DNA of 64,000 nt from an uncultured Mailhella sp. (GTDB taxonomy: Bacteria; Desulfobacterota; Desulfovibrionia; Desulfovibrionales; Desulfovibrionaceae): the NCBI GenBank assembly GCA_910578585.1, contig CAJTRG010000007.1, positions 25,350-89,349 on the forward strand, given 5' to 3'. Under the pieces are notes generated by a model. It saw only the letters and a program-made list of their open reading frames with translations. It was not told the DNA's origin and ran no database searches. Both the position numbers and the translations under genes were made by a program. The first letter of the stretch is position 1; every line of letters starts with the position of its first letter. Shown here in pieces: positions 1 to 9,484 of the stretch.

Positions 1-668
1 AATTTAATATTATGCATGAATTCGCATCTGCTTTGCGCAAATATTTCCTGATAATATTCTTTGTCTTTTTGTCTGGTTGCAAAAATTATATCCGGATTAT
101 AACCTGCAAAAATAGTTTTTATTTTTCTATAGGCTTTATATGTTTTCTCGTTCATACGAGCATTGACAACATAGAGCAAGCTCTTCATATCCTTGCATAA
201 CCGCATAAAATTAGGCCACAATTCAGTTTCCAGCAAAATACAGATTTTGGGTCTTGCCAATGCAAAAGCTTTTTCCATGGATTTTTTATCATCAAAAGGG
301 AAATAACAAAGTGAAATTTCAGGACATTTACCTTTCTGTTTTTCCTGCCAGGCTGTTTCAAAAGCTGATTTGCCTTTTTGCAAAACTTCCATGCCCTGCC
401 TGGTCATGCTCGTACAGAGAATATGAAGATGGCCATGCTCCTCATGCTCTTTCGTCAGATATTTCAAAAGGGCAAGGGTCAAATAGGCTTCACCGCCGGA
501 AGCTGCCTGTATCCATATGGAGACTGGCTCTTTCTCCGCCAAGTTCTGCCATGCCCCGCCAATAATACGTTCTTCATAGCCTTCACGAAGACGCTTATGC
601 TTTTTTAAAAGTGGCTTTGCTATAGCCCACAAAAGTCCATACAATAAGAAAAAGAGCTTTTGCAGCAT
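1..668 (-). CDS. waaA: Kdo transferase (3-deoxy-D-manno-octulosonic acid transferase), N-terminal part, truncated by window edge
   Basis: Own minus-strand translation from ATG at 668: MLQKLFFLLYGLLWAIAKPLLKKHKRLREGYEERIIGG...IWIQAASGGEAYL...CILLETELWPNFMRL...VVNARM. The SxGE and ETELWPN motifs are typical of the WaaA/KdtA N-domain. It is absent from the ORF track because it runs off the window. Confidence 0.7.
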   Translation of the reverse strand, partial: MLQKLFFLLYGLLWAIAKPLLKKHKRLREGYEERIIGGAWQNLAEKEPVSIWIQAASGGEAYLTLALLKYLTKEHEEHGHLHILCTSMTRQGMEVLQKGKSAFETAWQEKQKGKCPEISLCYFPFDDKKSMEKAFALARPKICILLETELWPNFMRLCKDMKSLLYVVNARMNEKTYKAYRKIKTIFAGYNPDIIFATRQKDKEYYQEIFAQSRCEFMHNIK

Positions 669-669
669 A

Positions 670-831
670 TTATTTTTTCTTCCCTTCACGAAGTTTAAAG
701 GTGAGCCCTGCGAAAAGTCCCGCAACAATGCCAAGTAAAACACTGCGCGGCATATTATCCGTAATCCCGAAAAGGGCAGCAAAAATTCCAAGGGAAGAAC
801 CAATCAAAAAACCTTTCCAAATTGGTGACAT
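670..831 (-). CDS. small (53 aa) glycine-rich two-helix membrane protein, hypothetical
   Basis: Own translation: MSPIWKGFLIGSSLGIFAALFGITDNMPRSVLLGIVAGLFAGLTFKLREGKKK. The stop lies 1 nt before the waaA ATG, suggesting coupling. It is below the ORF-track size cutoff and I recognise no homology. Confidence 0.3.
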   Translation of the reverse strand: MSPIWKGFLIGSSLGIFAALFGITDNMPRSVLLGIVAGLFAGLTFKLREGKKK

Positions 832-981
832 GGTATATCCTTTATTTTCTTCTCATTGATTATACTTGCATTTTTATCAAGTTCCACGCATAATAGCAAT
901 GCAAAATTTTATGCAAAAAAATCCTTTTATTTTTTTTAAGTTCTGGCTATATTTGTCGCACATAATGTATTAGGTTTGACT

Positions 982-2907
982 ATGAGCGAAGAATATTTTG
1001 ACTGTATAGTAGTTGGTGCCGGCCATGCGGGCTGTGAAGCAGCCATGGCACTGGCAAAATTAGGACACAAAATCCTTCTTGTTACCAGTAATATAGACAG
1101 AATTGGGCATTTATCCTGCAATCCTGCCATTGGCGGACTTGCCAAGGGACATTTGGTGCGCGAAATTGACGCCCTTGGCGGATCCATGGGGCTTTGGGCT
1201 GACAGCGCCGGCATACAATTTCGGATTTTAAACCAAAGCAAGGGCCCTGCTGTACGCTCCCGCCGTGCACAAATGGATAGAGAAGCCTACATAAGAGCTG
1301 TTAAATCAACTATTTTCAAGCAAAAAAATATCACACTCTGGCAGGATATTGTTGAAGATTTAATCACCGAAGAAGTGCAGGAAAACGGCGAAACTAACGA
1401 ATCTGGTCAAAAAATATGCGGTGTTGTCACTGCCATTGGCAAGAAATTCTATGCTTCCCACGTGCTTTTGACCACAGGTACATTCCTTCGCGGGCTTATT
1501 CATATTGGTTTGAAACATTTATCCGGCGGACGCCTTGGCGATGCTGCAAGTATGCATTTATCCGACGTCCTGCGCCGTCTTGGCATTGAACTTGGACGTC
1601 TCAAAACAGGAACAACCCCCAGACTTCGCTACGACTCCATCAATTTTGATATTCTGGAAGAACAAAAAGGCGATTTTCCGCCTCCTACCTTTAGTTTCCA
1701 CGGCGACGGCGCAAGACTTCCTCAAGTTTCCTGCTATATTACCTGGACAAACGAAAATACCCACGACATTATTCGCTCCGGTATGGATAGATCTCCTTTA
1801 TTTACAGGCTTAATCGAAGGAACCGGCGCACGCTACTGCCCTTCTGTGGAAGACAAGGTTGCCCGTTTTCCTGAGCGCGAACGCCACCAGGTTTTCATTG
1901 AACCGGAAGGACTAAACAGTGAAGAATGCTACCCCAATGGTATTTCCACAAGCCTCCCTCTTGATATTCAGGAAGGCATGATTGCCACTATTCCGGGTCT
2001 TGAAAACGCAAAAATCGTGCGTCCCGGCTATGCCATTGAATACGATTATGCCAACCCCGTTCAGCTGAGACCGACCCTTGAAACAAAGAAAGTCGAAGGG
2101 CTTTGGTTTGCAGGACAAATCAACGGCACTTCCGGTTATGAAGAAGCTGCCGCCCAGGGACTTTGGGCAGCACTTAACGTGGCTGCACGCCTTGAAGGCC
2201 GTGAACCATTCCTTTTACGCCGCGACCAGGCCTATATGGCAGTGCTTGTGGATGAACTTGTGACCAAGGGCACGGAAGAACCTTTCAGAATGTTTACTTC
2301 ACGAGCTGAATACCGCCTGCTTTTGCGTGAAGATAATGCTGACCAGCGCCTCACCCTTATTGGACGTGAACGCGGGCTTGTGGACGATGATCATTTTGCC
2401 ATTTTCTCCCAAAAACAGGAAATATTGGCAGAAATTTTAGGATTGCTCTGTACAAGTACCATACGCCCTGACGCCAAAACAAAAGCCCTGCTAGAAGAAA
2501 TGGGCGAAGCATTCCCCACAAGAACCATTACGCTGGAAGAATTTTGCCGCCGCCCCAATGTGCAATTAAAAGATTTAACCAAATTCCTGCCGGAACTTGC
2601 TAAATATTTGGAAAGCTACCCTGAAATTTGCGAAACAGCTGAAATTATCACCAAGTATTCAGGGTACTTATCCCGTCAGGAAGAAATGGTGCAGAAAACT
2701 GCCAATCAGGAAAAGATCGCTCTGCCCAAGGATTTGGATTATACCAATATGCCCGGGCTTTCCCGTGAAATTCAGGAAAAACTGAATAAAGTAAAACCGC
2801 TCAATCTTGGACAGGCTGCAAGAATTTCAGGCATAACCCCTGCAGCTCTTTCCTGCATTGAAATTGCTTTAAAGAAAAAACAAATGGAAGCAGAAAAATT
2901 AAATTAA
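982..2907 (+). CDS. mnmG: tRNA uridine 5-carboxymethylaminomethyl modification enzyme MnmG (GidA)
   Basis: The 643-aa ORF has an N-terminal FAD fold ([15 protein letters not shown]) and is MnmG-like along its full length. ATG at 982 follows an AGGT Shine-Dalgarno; the ORF-track TTG at 976 is the alternative start. Confidence 0.95.
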   Translation: MSEEYFDCIVVGAGHAGCEAAMALAKLGHKILLVTSNIDRIGHLSCNPAIGGLAKGHLVREIDALGGSMGLWADSAGIQFRILNQSKGPAVRSRRAQMDREAYIRAVKSTIFKQKNITLWQDIVEDLITEEVQENGETNESGQKICGVVTAIGKKFYASHVLLTTGTFLRGLIHIGLKHLSGGRLGDAASMHLSDVLRRLGIELGRLKTGTTPRLRYDSINFDILEEQKGDFPPPTFSFHGDGARLPQVSCYITWTNENTHDIIRSGMDRSPLFTGLIEGTGARYCPSVEDKVARFPERERHQVFIEPEGLNSEECYPNGISTSLPLDIQEGMIATIPGLENAKIVRPGYAIEYDYANPVQLRPTLETKKVEGLWFAGQINGTSGYEEAAAQGLWAALNVAARLEGREPFLLRRDQAYMAVLVDELVTKGTEEPFRMFTSRAEYRLLLREDNADQRLTLIGRERGLVDDDHFAIFSQKQEILAEILGLLCTSTIRPDAKTKALLEEMGEAFPTRTITLEEFCRRPNVQLKDLTKFLPELAKYLESYPEICETAEIITKYSGYLSRQEEMVQKTANQEKIALPKDLDYTNMPGLSREIQEKLNKVKPLNLGQAARISGITPAALSCIEIALKKKQMEAEKLN

Positions 2908-2923
2908 AAATCATATTTTTTAG

Positions 2924-2950
2924 TTGACAAAGTTCTCACTTCCATATAAT
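2924..2950 (+). promoter_or_regulatory. sigma-70-like promoter for the tRNA-Asp pair
   Basis: TTGACA (2924-2929), a 15-nt spacer, then TATAAT (2945-2950), about 30 nt upstream of the first tRNA. The spacer is shorter than optimal. Confidence 0.4.
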
Positions 2951-2981
2951 TAAATTCTTCCAGTGACGTGAGTCACATTGC

Positions 2982-3058
<77 letters not shown>

Positions 3059-3122
3059 CTTCAAAAAATAATGCTTTGCATTTTCCATATATTTTTGAAA
3101 GAAATTCTTTCAAGCAAATTAC

Positions 3123-3199
<77 letters not shown>

Positions 3200-3204
3200 C
3201 TTTG

Positions 3205-3236
3205 AAAAAGGTCAGTCGAAAGATTGACCTTTTTTG
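3205..3236 (+). terminator. rho-independent terminator after the tRNA-Asp pair
   Basis: aaaaaGGTCAgtcgaaagatTGACCtttttt: a stem extended by A/T pairs, followed by a T-run. Confidence 0.7.
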
Positions 3237-3345
3237 TTATCTAAGGAAATCTTGAGGATTTAATTCAAAATTTGCAGTATGTTCCATACAAAAAGAGCGA
3301 AGATAATTCCCCGCTCCTTTACATATAAAATTATATCCAAGACTT

Positions 3346-3651
3346 TTATATAATATAATCAATCGCACGTCTTGAGGTTGCATATTTCTTGAGTTCTGTG
3401 CCGAATGCCACATGGATAGGGTGGCCTGCGTATTCAGCAAGAGCTGCTTCATCTTTATGGGTGCTGTGGAGCAAGAGCTGCACATCTTCAGTTGTTGTTT
3501 TCGCAAAATTAGTTGTCATTTCAAGGGAAAGCAAAGCATCAATTTTTCCCGGCATTTTTTCCATAGCAAGTTTGACTAAATATTCGCCAGCTTCTTTGGC
3601 AGTTTTTCCTTGAGCATCCTGTAATGTCCACCAGACAATATGATGTACCAT
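3346..3651 (-). CDS. stress-responsive Dabb (dimeric alpha/beta barrel) domain protein
   Basis: MVHHIVWWTLQD...LLHSTHKDEAALAEYAGHPIHVAF matches the Dabb family pattern. ATG at 3651 is preceded by an AGGTGG Shine-Dalgarno; the longer ORF-track start at 3678 is unlikely. Confidence 0.7.
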   Translation of the reverse strand: MVHHIVWWTLQDAQGKTAKEAGEYLVKLAMEKMPGKIDALLSLEMTTNFAKTTTEDVQLLLHSTHKDEAALAEYAGHPIHVAFGTELKKYATSRRAIDYII

Positions 3652-3699
3652 AATCCACCTCGCAAAATTTTTTCTCAATTATAGAGGCTCTTTTATACT

Positions 3700-3727
3700 T
3701 TGACAAGTCTTAGTTATGTCTTATAAT
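3700..3727 (+). promoter_or_regulatory. near-consensus sigma-70 promoter
   Basis: TTGACA (3700-3705), a 16-nt spacer, then TATAAT (3722-3727). Its position argues that the downstream CDS starts at 3749, not 3716. Confidence 0.55.
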
Positions 3728-3748
3728 ACAAAAAAACAGGAAAATATT

Positions 3749-4003
3749 ATGCAAACACAAATGAAACCTAATGCGCAGGTCGCTGCCCGCATTGAAGAAC
3801 TCCTTCGCGAACAATTGGAAGAGCTGGGCGTTACAATCAAAAATTTAACACCTGATGAAATTTCTCAGAATATGAAGTGCCACATCGGCCCGGACAACAG
3901 TTTAAGTTATTTTTGGAAAAATATTGCCATACTGGACGTTATTCCGGAAGAAACTCCAGACGGCATCAATTGGCGCATGTTTACCAAAGAAGACAATCTT
4001 TAA
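3749..4003 (+). CDS. hypothetical small protein (84 aa)
   Basis: The ORF is MQTQMKPNAQVAARIEELLREQLEELGV... It lies 21 nt upstream of cysK on the same strand. I recognise no family. Confidence 0.45.
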   Translation: MQTQMKPNAQVAARIEELLREQLEELGVTIKNLTPDEISQNMKCHIGPDNSLSYFWKNIAILDVIPEETPDGINWRMFTKEDNL

Positions 4004-4024
4004 TCGCAACCTAAAGGAATTATT

Positions 4025-4945
4025 ATGAATATCATAGAAAGCATCGGCAATACTCCCCTTATCCATTTGAAAAATCTTTCAGAAGAAGCTGGCGCAAATA
4101 TTTATGTCAAAGCAGAAATGCGCAACCCAGGCGGATCCATAAAGGACAGAGCTTCCCTTGCCTATATTAAGAATGCCTTAGCCATAGGAAAACTGACCAA
4201 AGACGGCACTGTGATAGAAGCCACAAGCGGCAATTTAGGCATTGGGCTTGCTGTTGTCTGCGCGGAAATGGGCATAAAACTGATTGTCTGCATGCCGGAA
4301 TCTGCCAGTATTGAACGCCGTAAACTCATGAAAGCGCTGGGCGCTGAAATCGTGCTTACCCCAGCAGCAAAAGGCATGAGCGGCGCGCAGGAAAAAGCCG
4401 AAGAACTCTATAAAAACGCAAAAAATGCCTTCCGCCCCAATCAATTCAGCAATCCCATTGGCCCAAGGGCCCACTATGAAACAACTGGCCCGGAAATCCA
4501 CGCGCAGGCGCAAAAAGAACATATCAATATTGACGCTTTTGTGGCAGGAGCAGGCTCCGGCGCAACCTTTATGGGCACCGGCAAATATTTAAAGGAACAG
4601 TATCCCAATATCTTTTTGGGCATTATTGAACCCGCTGAATCTCCCGTGCTTTCCGGAAAATCTGCTGCTCCTCACGGCATACAGGGAATTGGGGCAAACT
4701 TTGTTCCTGATATTATTGACAAAAGCCTAATCACGGAAATTTTGACTGTTGACACCAAAACCGCCAAAGAAGCCGCCCGCAAAGCCCTCAAAATGGATGC
4801 GCTCAACGCCGGTATTTCTTCCGGTGCCAATATTGCCTGTGCCATGGAACTTGCAAAACGCCCGGAATTTCAAGGAAAAAATATTGTCACGATTGCCTGT
4901 GACACGGGCGAACGCTACATGTCCACAGATTTATTTTTGGAATAA
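4025..4945 (+). CDS. cysK: cysteine synthase A (O-acetylserine sulfhydrylase)
   Basis: 306 aa with the PLP-lysine context NPGGSIKDR, TSGNLGIGLA, and a GxGSGATF-like loop (GAGSGATFMGTG). CysK-like along its full length. Confidence 0.93.
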   Translation: MNIIESIGNTPLIHLKNLSEEAGANIYVKAEMRNPGGSIKDRASLAYIKNALAIGKLTKDGTVIEATSGNLGIGLAVVCAEMGIKLIVCMPESASIERRKLMKALGAEIVLTPAAKGMSGAQEKAEELYKNAKNAFRPNQFSNPIGPRAHYETTGPEIHAQAQKEHINIDAFVAGAGSGATFMGTGKYLKEQYPNIFLGIIEPAESPVLSGKSAAPHGIQGIGANFVPDIIDKSLITEILTVDTKTAKEAARKALKMDALNAGISSGANIACAMELAKRPEFQGKNIVTIACDTGERYMSTDLFLE

Positions 4946-5033
4946 GACCATACCCATAACCATACGCTGCGAAACAGAACAAGATTATTTTGCCGCAGAA
5001 AATTGCTGCCGCAATGCCTTTTGGAATGTGTAC

Positions 5034-5606
5034 ATGCAGGGTTGTTATGAGCATTTTCTTGTGCATGCCATGCGTAATCACAAGGATTTTATTCCTGATT
5101 TGAGTTTTATCTGTGAATATAACAAGGAACTGATTGGGGGAATTTATTTTACCCGTTCACAGCTTATCCCAAGTTCTGACAATCCGTTACAAAATAAGGC
5201 TCCGCTTCCAGTTCTTACTTTTGGGCCTGTCTTTATTGAGCCCAAATTCCAAGGGCAGGGCTTTGGGAAGGAATTGATGCATTTTGCCATTGAAAGGGCA
5301 AAAGACGCAGGACACAAGGCAATTGTTATTTTAGGCTATCCCCGCCATTATAAAGGCTTAGGCTTTTGCGGCGGAAAGAAATATCATATTTCCATGCCGA
5401 ACGGAAAATTTTATCAAAGCCTGTTGGTCTTATCACTTCAAGAACACGCTCTTGATAATTTTTCAGGTCACATACAATTTTCTGATGTGTTTGACTTCAC
5501 GCAAGAATACGTGGAAATTTTTGACAAGCAATTTCCACCCAAAGAAAAACTTATTCTGCCCAGCCAGCAGGAATTTGAAAAAGCCTGCACATTATTGGAC
5601 GAATAA
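5034..5606 (+). CDS. GNAT-family N-acetyltransferase (YhbS-like); true start uncertain
   Basis: The acetyl-CoA motif region is FIEPKFQGQGFGKELMHFAIERAKDAGHKAIVILG. The first in-frame ATG is 5034, but family-like sequence (ITIRCETEQDYFAAENCCRNAF) extends upstream to about 4957, where no ATG, GTG or TTG is in frame. Confidence 0.7.
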   Translation: MQGCYEHFLVHAMRNHKDFIPDLSFICEYNKELIGGIYFTRSQLIPSSDNPLQNKAPLPVLTFGPVFIEPKFQGQGFGKELMHFAIERAKDAGHKAIVILGYPRHYKGLGFCGGKKYHISMPNGKFYQSLLVLSLQEHALDNFSGHIQFSDVFDFTQEYVEIFDKQFPPKEKLILPSQQEFEKACTLLDE

Positions 5607-5609
5607 ATT

Positions 5610-7106
5610 TTATTTATCCCAAAAATTTGCTTTCCAGGCGGCAAAATCACGTTTTGCCCGTTCAGCCATGAGAGTTTTGCGATTGGTTTTCCTGGTCTTT
5701 TCCTCTAAATCCGGCATCAGTCCAAAATGGATATTGGAGGGTTGAAACTGTTTCATTTCCTTATTGCGCAAATGGTTCATCAAAGCCCCAAGAGCAGTGG
5801 TCACAGGTAAATCCTGCACGGTGTTTCCCAAAATTTTGCTGGCCAGCTTTATGCCCACCCAAAGCCCGCAGGAGGCAGATTCCACATAGCCCTCAACACC
5901 TGTAATCTGCCCTGCCAAATACAAATGCTCATGCCCAATAATCGCCAAATCTTCATTCAAACAGGTTGGCGCATGCACATAGGTATTTCTGTGTACAGAG
6001 CCATAACGCAGAAACTCCACGTCTTTGAGCCCGGGGATCAAACGAAACACGCTGTCCTGTGCTTTGTATGTCATTTTTGTTTGACAGCCCACGAGATTAA
6101 ATGCCTGGGCATTGGCATTTTCTGCCCGCAGCTGCAATAATGCGTAGGGACGTCTGCCAGTGCGCGGATCGGTAAAGCCAACGGGCTTGAGAGGCCCAAA
6201 AGTAAGTGTTTTCTCACCGCGCTCAGCAAGGGCTTCAATGGGCATGCAGCCCTCAAAATGTAGTTCCTTTTCAAAATTATGGGAAGCAACTTTTTCAGCC
6301 TCTAAAAGTGCCTGATAAAATGCCTCATATTCGTGCCTATGCATGGGGCAATTCAGATAATCGCCTTCGTCTTCGCTTTCCTGCGCTTGTTCTTCGTTGT
6401 TTTCCAAGGCTTGCTTTTTCTTATATTCCTGCATTTCCAGCTGCATTTTTTCACGCCACTGCCGTGACAATTCCTCGCTCTTCGCTACTTCATCATTATA
6501 AGGAGGCGGGGCAATATTATCATATCTTGAACCGCGGAAAATAACATTCATATCCAAAGAATCCGCAGCCACAATGGGCGCAATGGCATCATAAAAATAG
6601 CAATATTCATTGCCCACAATGGCAGATAAAGATTTTGCCAAACTTTCAGAAGTCAGCGGTCCAGAGGCAAGCACCACATAGTCTGCCTCGTATTCGCCTT
6701 GCAGGCGTTCAATTTCCTCCAAATCCTGCACAGGTTTACGGATAAGTTTAATATAGGGATTTTCTTCAATCTTTTTCGTCAGCCCTTTAGCAAACTTTTC
6801 TCTATCCACAGCAAGCGCCTTTCCAGCCGGCACATTATATCCATAAGCAAGCTCAATAATCTGGCTGCCCAGTTCCCGCATTTCTGCCTGCAATAGGCCA
6901 ATGCCGGAGCTTTGCGGCCCTTCGTCGCGCATGGAGCGAAAAGAATTGGAACACACCAATTCTCCAAGATCAGAACTGACATGGGCAGGAGAAAACTGCA
7001 CAGGCTTTTGTTCAAACAGCACCACATTAATTCCATGCTTTGCCAAATACAAAGCACATTCACATCCAGCCAGACCTCCGCCGACAACCAGTACAGTTTT
7101 AGCCAT
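5610..7106 (-). CDS. trmFO: methylenetetrahydrofolate--tRNA-(uracil54-C5)-methyltransferase TrmFO (Gid)
   Basis: MAKTVLVVGGGLAGCECALYLAK... and ...HLYLAGQITGVEGYVESASCGLWVG are TrmFO hallmarks. It is about 498 aa counted from the MAKTV start and has a charged internal insertion (see findings). Confidence 0.88.
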   Translation of the reverse strand: MAKTVLVVGGGLAGCECALYLAKHGINVVLFEQKPVQFSPAHVSSDLGELVCSNSFRSMRDEGPQSSGIGLLQAEMRELGSQIIELAYGYNVPAGKALAVDREKFAKGLTKKIEENPYIKLIRKPVQDLEEIERLQGEYEADYVVLASGPLTSESLAKSLSAIVGNEYCYFYDAIAPIVAADSLDMNVIFRGSRYDNIAPPPYNDEVAKSEELSRQWREKMQLEMQEYKKKQALENNEEQAQESEDEGDYLNCPMHRHEYEAFYQALLEAEKVASHNFEKELHFEGCMPIEALAERGEKTLTFGPLKPVGFTDPRTGRRPYALLQLRAENANAQAFNLVGCQTKMTYKAQDSVFRLIPGLKDVEFLRYGSVHRNTYVHAPTCLNEDLAIIGHEHLYLAGQITGVEGYVESASCGLWVGIKLASKILGNTVQDLPVTTALGALMNHLRNKEMKQFQPSNIHFGLMPDLEEKTRKTNRKTLMAERAKRDFAAWKANFWDK

Positions 7107-7299
7107 AACTATCCTTTTTCGCATGATTTATTCAAAAATACTCAGCTATAGAGTTCATAAAATACGTTCCAAGTCAAGCTTTTTTTTGGGAAGAGCTTGA
7201 CAAATTGGTTGCAATAACAGTAAAACGTAAACTAAGATAGTAAGAAATTTCCGTGATAGCAATTTCGGCAAATTTCTATTAATTATACAGGAGAGAACT

Positions 7300-9357
7300 A
7301 TGGCATTGCAAAATCAACGTACATATGCATTTATCGGAACAGGAGGCTGCGGTAAAACCTCCATTGCTGAAATGCTTTTATTCCAAGCAGGCATTATTAA
7401 CCGTTTAGGCTCTATTGAAGAAGGTACAAGCGCGCTTGACTATGAACCAGAAGAAATTAAACGTCGCGGTTCCATTCAGGCAGGTTTTGCAAATTTCACC
7501 TGGAATAAAAATCCTCACTCTTTGATTGATATCCCTGGCGATAACAACTTTAACGCTGATGCAGAACTTTTACTCAAAGCTGTTGACGGCGCTGTTCTTG
7601 TTATTGACGCTATCGATGGTGTTCGCCCTCAAACTAAGAAAATGTGGGCACAAATTCAAAACGAAAAACTCCCTACCATTGTTTTCATCAACAAAATGGA
7701 CAGAGACCTTGCCAACTTTGATATGGCTTTCAACAGCCTTTCTTCAACCCTTGGCATGAAACCTGTTGTTTTCTATATGCCAATCATTGAAAATAAAGAA
7801 TTTGTTGGTCTTATTGATATTTTCCCGGCAAAAGCACTTTATTTTATTGGCGACGGTAAAGTTGAAGAACGCGAAATTCCAGAAGAACTGAAAGACGAAG
7901 CACACCTTCTCCGTGATATTTCTGTGGAAAATATTGCTGGCTCCAGTGAAGAACTCATGGAAAAATTCCTTTCCGAAGGCACGCTTTCCATGGAAGAAAT
8001 CCAAAATGCCCTTCGTTCAGCAACCATTCACCGTGACATCGTGCCTGTTCTTGTGGGCAGTGCCCTTGCCAACAAAGGCGGACGTCGTTTACTCAACTCC
8101 ATTGATGCCTATATGCCATCTCCTCTTGACAGAGCTCCTTATGTGGGCAAAGACGGCAGCGAACGCAAAGCTGATGATCCTGCCTGCTGTGCATTTGTCT
8201 GCAAAACTCTTAACGACCCATTTGCCGGCCACATCAATATTATGCGTATAGTTTCCGGCAGTCTTTCTTCTGATTCAATCCTCAAAAATATGACTTCTGA
8301 AGAAAATGAAAGAATGAGCTCACTCATTACCCTGAACGGTAAAGTACAAAACCAATGCAAGGACACTTTACAGGCTGGTACCATTATCGCTGTGGCAAAG
8401 CTCAAAAACACCCAAACCGGCGACACCCTTTGTGATGAAAAAGCACCCTTTGAAATTCCATGCCCGGAACCGCTTCCACAGCTGATCAGCTATGGTATCA
8501 AAGCAGCTGTAAAGGGTGAAGAAGATAAAGTTTTTGCCGCAATCCAAAAACTCACGGAAGAAGATTTGAGCTTGAAACTCATCCGTGATGAAGAAACCGG
8601 CGAAACCCTGCTTTCCGGTATGGGTCAGCTGCATATTGAGATTTCTGTTGAAAAGGCAAAACGCCGCGGCAAAATTGATATGGAACTCACCACACCAAAA
8701 ATTCCTTATCGTGAAACCATTAAAGGTAAAGTCCAGGTTCAGGGCAGACACAAAAAACAATCCGGCGGTAAAGGTCAATTTGGTGACTGCTGGATTGAAA
8801 TGTCACCTCTTGAACGCGGCGCAGGCTATGAATTTGAAAATGCCATTGTGGGCGGAGCTATTCCAAAACAATATATTCCTGCTGTTGACAAAGGCATTCA
8901 GGAAAGCGCAAAACGCGGCTTCCTTGCCGGCTATCCGGTTGTTGACTTCAAGGTAAAACTCTACGACGGTTCCTACCATGATGTTGACTCTTCAGAAATG
9001 GCATTCAAACTGGCTGGCTCTTTGGCATTCAAGAAAGCTATGGAAGAACTCAAAGTTGTCCTGCTCGAACCTATTGCCCTTGTAACCGTATCTTGTCCGG
9101 ATGAATATTTTGGCGATATTGTTGGTGATTTAGCTTCAAGACGCGGCAGAGTTTTAGGTTCTGACACAGACAAAGGCATTACCGAAATTAAAGCCAATGT
9201 GCCTATGAGCGAAATCATGCAGTACGCTTCTGACCTTCGCAGCATGACGGGCGGTCAAGGCTTGTTCCTCATGGAATTTGACCACTATGATGAAGCTCCG
9301 CAGCCTGTTGTAGACAAAGTTGTTGCAGAATATCAACAAACAAAAACTGACGAATAA
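7300..9357 (+). CDS. elongation factor G-like translational GTPase (divergent paralog)
   Basis: 685 aa with five-domain EF-G architecture. G1 is GTGGCGKT, G3 is DIPGDNNF, G4 is NKMD. The C-terminal domain IV/V sequence is EF-G-like (HDVDSSEMAFKLAGSLAFKKA). Confidence 0.85.
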   Translation: MALQNQRTYAFIGTGGCGKTSIAEMLLFQAGIINRLGSIEEGTSALDYEPEEIKRRGSIQAGFANFTWNKNPHSLIDIPGDNNFNADAELLLKAVDGAVLVIDAIDGVRPQTKKMWAQIQNEKLPTIVFINKMDRDLANFDMAFNSLSSTLGMKPVVFYMPIIENKEFVGLIDIFPAKALYFIGDGKVEEREIPEELKDEAHLLRDISVENIAGSSEELMEKFLSEGTLSMEEIQNALRSATIHRDIVPVLVGSALANKGGRRLLNSIDAYMPSPLDRAPYVGKDGSERKADDPACCAFVCKTLNDPFAGHINIMRIVSGSLSSDSILKNMTSEENERMSSLITLNGKVQNQCKDTLQAGTIIAVAKLKNTQTGDTLCDEKAPFEIPCPEPLPQLISYGIKAAVKGEEDKVFAAIQKLTEEDLSLKLIRDEETGETLLSGMGQLHIEISVEKAKRRGKIDMELTTPKIPYRETIKGKVQVQGRHKKQSGGKGQFGDCWIEMSPLERGAGYEFENAIVGGAIPKQYIPAVDKGIQESAKRGFLAGYPVVDFKVKLYDGSYHDVDSSEMAFKLAGSLAFKKAMEELKVVLLEPIALVTVSCPDEYFGDIVGDLASRRGRVLGSDTDKGITEIKANVPMSEIMQYASDLRSMTGGQGLFLMEFDHYDEAPQPVVDKVVAEYQQTKTDE

Positions 9358-9378
9358 TACTTGTCTTACCTCCTCTTT

Positions 9379-9412
9379 GCCCCTTTTATGTTCGCGTAAA
9401 AGGGGCTTTTTT
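9379..9412 (+). terminator. rho-independent terminator after the EF-G paralog
   Basis: GCCCCTTTTA-tgttcgcg-TAAAAGGGGC: a 10-bp stem followed by TTTTTT. Confidence 0.8.
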
Positions 9413-9484
9413 GTGCCATAAAATGATTGACCAAAAAATAAGCCTGTGGCAAAACAATTTCCAAGCTGCCCTTTTGGAGACAAT

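Noticed and set aside
12-608. Three plus-strand ORFs (62-103 aa) at the window start
   Set aside because: They lie antisense to the clearly WaaA-like minus-strand frame, and none has any family signal.
4749-5033. Upstream part of the 285-aa ORF overlapping the end of cysK
   Set aside because: It is an out-of-frame overlap with a confidently called cysK, and its proline/lysine-rich sequence lacks any family signal. Only the GNAT portion downstream of the cysK stop is credible.
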